DNA of 20,878 bases from Vulcanimicrobiaceae bacterium (GTDB taxonomy: Bacteria; Vulcanimicrobiota; Vulcanimicrobiia; Vulcanimicrobiales; Vulcanimicrobiaceae), in NCBI GenBank assembly GCA_046262595.1, contig JBHEMM010000019.1, positions 24,197-45,074 of the forward strand, given 5' to 3'. This document shows, one piece after another, positions 17,821 through 20,878 of the stretch. A model generated the notes under the pieces. The model worked only from the letters and a program-made list of their open reading frames with translations, was not told the origin of the DNA and did not search any database. The position numbers and the translations under genes were made by a program. Within the stretch, counting starts at the first letter, position 1, and each line of letters begins with the position of its first letter.

Positions 17821-19581
17821 GTGTTGTTCGTCCCGAGCTTGATACTGGCCGCGTCAATCGCTGCGGTTCCCTCACCGGCTCCTAAGCCGCAGCTGCCCGC
17901 GGTGCCGGCGGTTGCGCCCGGCTATGCCGCGCCTAAAATTTCCCAGCCGCCGCCGCAGGTGATCGGCGTGACGCAGCAGCCGTTCGTCGGAATAACGCTC
18001 GAAAACGCGATCGGCATGGCGCTCGCGCGTAATCCCGACCTTGCGATCGCGCAGGCGAACCGGCGCATCTCCGCCTATCAAATTCAAGCGGCGCGCGGCG
18101 CATACGACGTGAACCTCTCGGTGCTGCCGCAGTATCAATATTCGAAGCAGGCGCCGCAAAATGCATTTTTTGCCAGCCCGAATTTTGGCCCCATCGTGCA
18201 GCAGACCACCTCGATCAACGGCGGCGCGCAAGGCACGCTTCGCGGCGGGCAGCAGTACGACGTGACGCTGGCGGGGCGTAAAGTGAACGACAACACGACG
18301 ATCAATACGTTCGATCCGTATTACCCGACGATCTTTTCCGTCAATTTCGCGCAGCCGCTCGGGCGCGGCCGCTCGACGAACCAGGCGGTGCATCAACTGC
18401 AGCTCGCGCAGATCAATCAAGCCGCAACGAACGCTCAAACGCTCTCGACCGTTTCCAGCACGATCGCCGGCGTGCAAAATGCGTATTGGGATCTGGTGTC
18501 GGCTTGGCGGAGCGTCGCGATTCAAGAAGAGGCGCTCAAAGACGTCATCGCGCAGCAGCACAGCAACGTGCGGCTTGCGCGGGCGGGGGCGAGCGCACCG
18601 GTTGACGTCGTGCAAGTGAACAGCCAGATAGCCGTTTTCCAGCAAAACGTTTTCCAAGCGCTGCAGAATGTCGCGCTGCTGCAAAATCAGCTCAAGTCGC
18701 AACTCGTGGACAATCCCGCCGATCCGATCTGGACTGCGAATCTCGTGCCGACGTCTCCCGTGCTGGAGTTGCCGACGCAGCCGTCTCTGTCCGCGCTCGT
18801 CACCCAGGCGCTCGGCAATCGGCCGGAGATCGCGCAGCTGCGCTCGCAACTCCAGGTTGCGGCGGAGAACTTGGCCTACGCGCAAAATCAGGTCAAGCCG
18901 CAAGTCGATCTGAAATTGGGGTACACGAGCAACGGTTTTGCCGGACAGGTCATTCCGCCCGGCTCATTTTTCCAGAGTTCGGCGGAGCAAGTCGTCGCGA
19001 TCGATCAACTGATCGCGGCGGTGAATCGGACGCTTCCGCCGGCGCAGCAGATTCCGGCGCTGCCTGCGGCCAACACCCCGGTGCCGGCATACCTTGCCGG
19101 CGGGCTCGATCGATCGATCAAGAATCTGCTCTCCAACCGCTTTCCGGTGTATACCGCCGGCGTGCAAGTCAATTTCCCGGTAGGCAACAATGCCGCCAAA
19201 GGCAACTTGGGCGTTGCCCTGGAGCAGCAGCGCATCGCGCAGTTGCAAGAAGCCTCCACGATCCAGCGCATCACCGCCGACGTGCGCAACGCACTGCAAG
19301 CGTACTCGAGCTCGATAGCGCAGCTCGAAGCGGCGCGCGCCGCGCGGCAAGCCTCGCAAGAGGTTCTTGCGAGCGAATTACGCCGCTTTCGGGCGGGCGC
19401 ATCGACGACGTTTTTGGTGCTGCAGCGTGAAATCGAACTTGCGGACAACCGCGGACGCGAGTTGCAGGCTCAGACGAATCTCAATAAAGCCGTGGTACAG
19501 TTGCAACAGGCGACCGGAACGATTTTGAGCACGAATAACGTTAACATAACGACGGTTGGAGAAGGGAGTTCGAATCAATGA
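17821..19581 (+). CDS. TolC family outer-membrane efflux protein
   Basis: 586 aa, GTG start after AGGAG. Signal peptide, LENAIGMALARNPDL, NAYWDLV, NRPEI and RFRAGASTTFLVLQ. Confidence 0.9.
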   Translation: MLFVPSLILAASIAAVPSPAPKPQLPAVPAVAPGYAAPKISQPPPQVIGVTQQPFVGITLENAIGMALARNPDLAIAQANRRISAYQIQAARGAYDVNLSVLPQYQYSKQAPQNAFFASPNFGPIVQQTTSINGGAQGTLRGGQQYDVTLAGRKVNDNTTINTFDPYYPTIFSVNFAQPLGRGRSTNQAVHQLQLAQINQAATNAQTLSTVSSTIAGVQNAYWDLVSAWRSVAIQEEALKDVIAQQHSNVRLARAGASAPVDVVQVNSQIAVFQQNVFQALQNVALLQNQLKSQLVDNPADPIWTANLVPTSPVLELPTQPSLSALVTQALGNRPEIAQLRSQLQVAAENLAYAQNQVKPQVDLKLGYTSNGFAGQVIPPGSFFQSSAEQVVAIDQLIAAVNRTLPPAQQIPALPAANTPVPAYLAGGLDRSIKNLLSNRFPVYTAGVQVNFPVGNNAAKGNLGVALEQQRIAQLQEASTIQRITADVRNALQAYSSSIAQLEAARAARQASQEVLASELRRFRAGASTTFLVLQREIELADNRGRELQAQTNLNKAVVQLQQATGTILSTNNVNITTVGEGSSNQ

Positions 19582-19718
19582 AAAAGCGAATGAGCCGCAC
19601 GCGCCTCTCCAAACTTTCCGAACAAAAATTGCAGGAGCGCAGCGCGGTGCTGTACGGGCGTGAACTGGAGCGGTGGAACCAGCGCCCGCTAGGTTATCAG
19701 GCGACCGCTCAGGGGTAA
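19578..19718 (+). CDS. Small hypothetical protein (46 aa), not in the supplied ORF track
   Basis: MKKRMSRTRLSKLSEQKLQERSAVLYGRELERWNQRPLGYQATAQG. ATGA overlap with the tolC stop, and SD GAAGGGAG at 19561-19568. Confidence 0.45.
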   Translation: MKKRMSRTRLSKLSEQKLQERSAVLYGRELERWNQRPLGYQATAQG

Positions 19719-19727
19719 GATCCCGTC

Positions 19728-19940
19728 ATGAACGAGATCAACAAAGCGGCAAAAGATATCGGCGACACCGTAAAGGAAGGCGTGCACCGCGGCCAAGCGG
19801 ATTCCGAACGCGCGAAACGTGAGGCGGCAGGCGATGCAATGACGCCGGGTGATAAAGCCGGTTCCGTCATCGACGAAGCAGGCTCGACGGCGAAGGCAGA
19901 GATCGACCGCACGAAGCGCACGTTCCGCGACTCAACGTAG
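19728..19940 (+). CDS. Small hydrophilic LEA/CsbD-like stress protein
   Basis: 70 aa, rich in A/K/D/E, with no hydrophobic core. It fills the gap before the convergent pgl. Confidence 0.65.
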   Translation: MNEINKAAKDIGDTVKEGVHRGQADSERAKREAAGDAMTPGDKAGSVIDEAGSTAKAEIDRTKRTFRDST

Positions 19941-20646
19941 CTTACAATCGCTGCGCCTGGCGGCGGCGCGATCGGCAAACCATTCGAGCAGCCCGGACGC
20001 CGGCGAGACAATCTGCACCGGATGCGCCGCCGGATCGTAGGCGCCTTCGCGCACTTCGTGCAGCATTTCCGCTTTCGCCGCCCCTTCGCACGCAATCACG
20101 ATGTGCCGGGCGTCATTGATTGCCGCCGGCGTCAAGGTGATGCGGTGCGTCTTCAGCTTTTCAACCCAAACGGCGCGCACCAGCTGAGCCTCGTCGGTGC
20201 GCGGATCGCTGCCGGGAAACAGCGAGGCAGTATGTCCGTCGGGACCCATGCCCAAGAGAAGCAGATCGAAGTGAGGCTCCTCGCCCAGTAACGCGATCAG
20301 CAGGGTTGCGTACGCTTGAGCCGCTTCCGCGGGATCGTCTTCACCGCGCATGCGGTGGACGCTTTGCGCCGGCAGCGGCACCTTGCTCAGCAATGTGTCA
20401 TCCGCCATTTTATAGTTCGATTCGGCGTTAGCCGGCGGCACGCAGCGCTCGTCGCCGAAGAACACGCGCACGCGCTGCCAATCGACTTCGCCGCGCCACG
20501 GCTCCTGCGCTAACAAAGCGTATGCCGCCCGCGGCGACGTGGCGCGCAATGGCGTCTTTTGCGTCGTGAACGAAAACGCCCGCAACCGCCTCGGCGAGAT
20601 CTGCCGAAGATTCAAAGACGCGCAGCACGCCGGCGTTACGCGTCAT
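19932..20646 (-). pseudogene. pgl: 6-phosphogluconolactonase, frameshifted with an apparent internal deletion
   Basis: The N-terminus MTRNAGVLRVFESSADLAEAVA...DAIAR (ATG 20646) is in one frame. TSPRAAY...FFGDERCVPP...SNY...LLGMGPDGHTASLFPG...RITLT is in another. The junction is near 20541. Confidence 0.85.
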
Positions 20647-20878
20647 GAAAGGTGCTGCAGCAGCCGTCCGGCCATGCGCAGACTCTCAAGAAACACCGCT
20701 TGTCCGCTGGTGCCGAACACGGCGCGTTCGATCAGCGAGACCATATCGACTTCGCGCAACGGCGCGCAGCGTTGCGGCCGCTTCAGATCGCCTTCCACGT
20801 GCAAACAGACGACGTCGTCGGAGCCGTGTTGCACGGCTGCTTGAAAGAGCGCCGCCTGCGATGCAAGAGACACGCAGG
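20643..20878 (-). CDS. 3' end of a probable glucose-6-phosphate dehydrogenase assembly protein OpcA (partial)
   Basis: The frame is open to the window end and its stop overlaps the pgl ATG (ATGA). The call rests mainly on the common zwf-opcA-pgl gene order. Confidence 0.5.
   Translation of the reverse strand, partial: CVSLASQAALFQAAVQHGSDDVVCLHVEGDLKRPQRCAPLREVDMVSLIERAVFGTSGQAVFLESLRMAGRLLQHLS

Noticed and set aside
376..19448. Many long antisense or alternate-frame ORFs (e.g. 376-1341, 3974-5230, 6258-7307, 9672-11021, 16717-17820)
   Set aside because: These are shadow ORFs expected in GC-rich coding DNA and carry no recognisable motifs.

Overview
GC-rich bacterial chromosomal window, mostly housekeeping and metabolic genes. 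In order: the 3' end of a probable outer-membrane protein, clpC, a small membrane protein, a BNR/VPS10-repeat glycosyl hydrolase-like protein, an HTH-WYL-WCX regulator, a His-rich secreted protein leading a hutH-hutU-hutI-hutF-like operon, a class A beta-lactamase-like serine hydrolase, a TetR-linked operon (LolA-like, tetR, emrA-like, emrB remnant, tolC-like, small ORF), a small stress protein, a broken pgl and the 3' end of a probable opcA. The most unusual element is the 650-bp gap 7293-7944 downstream of the WYL gene. It holds two tandem, diverged but clearly homologous ~200-nt structured non-coding RNA units on the minus strand. Each has a TTGCNA-N17-(TGn)TACCAT promoter, the same predicted ACUUC start and an intrinsic terminator, and each has a pair of DnaA-box-like 9-mers at identical offsets (-49, -60). 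I could not assign these RNAs to a known family by eye. Two genes look decayed by internal deletion (emrB, pgl). All structure and function calls were made by eye; no database or folding searches were run.
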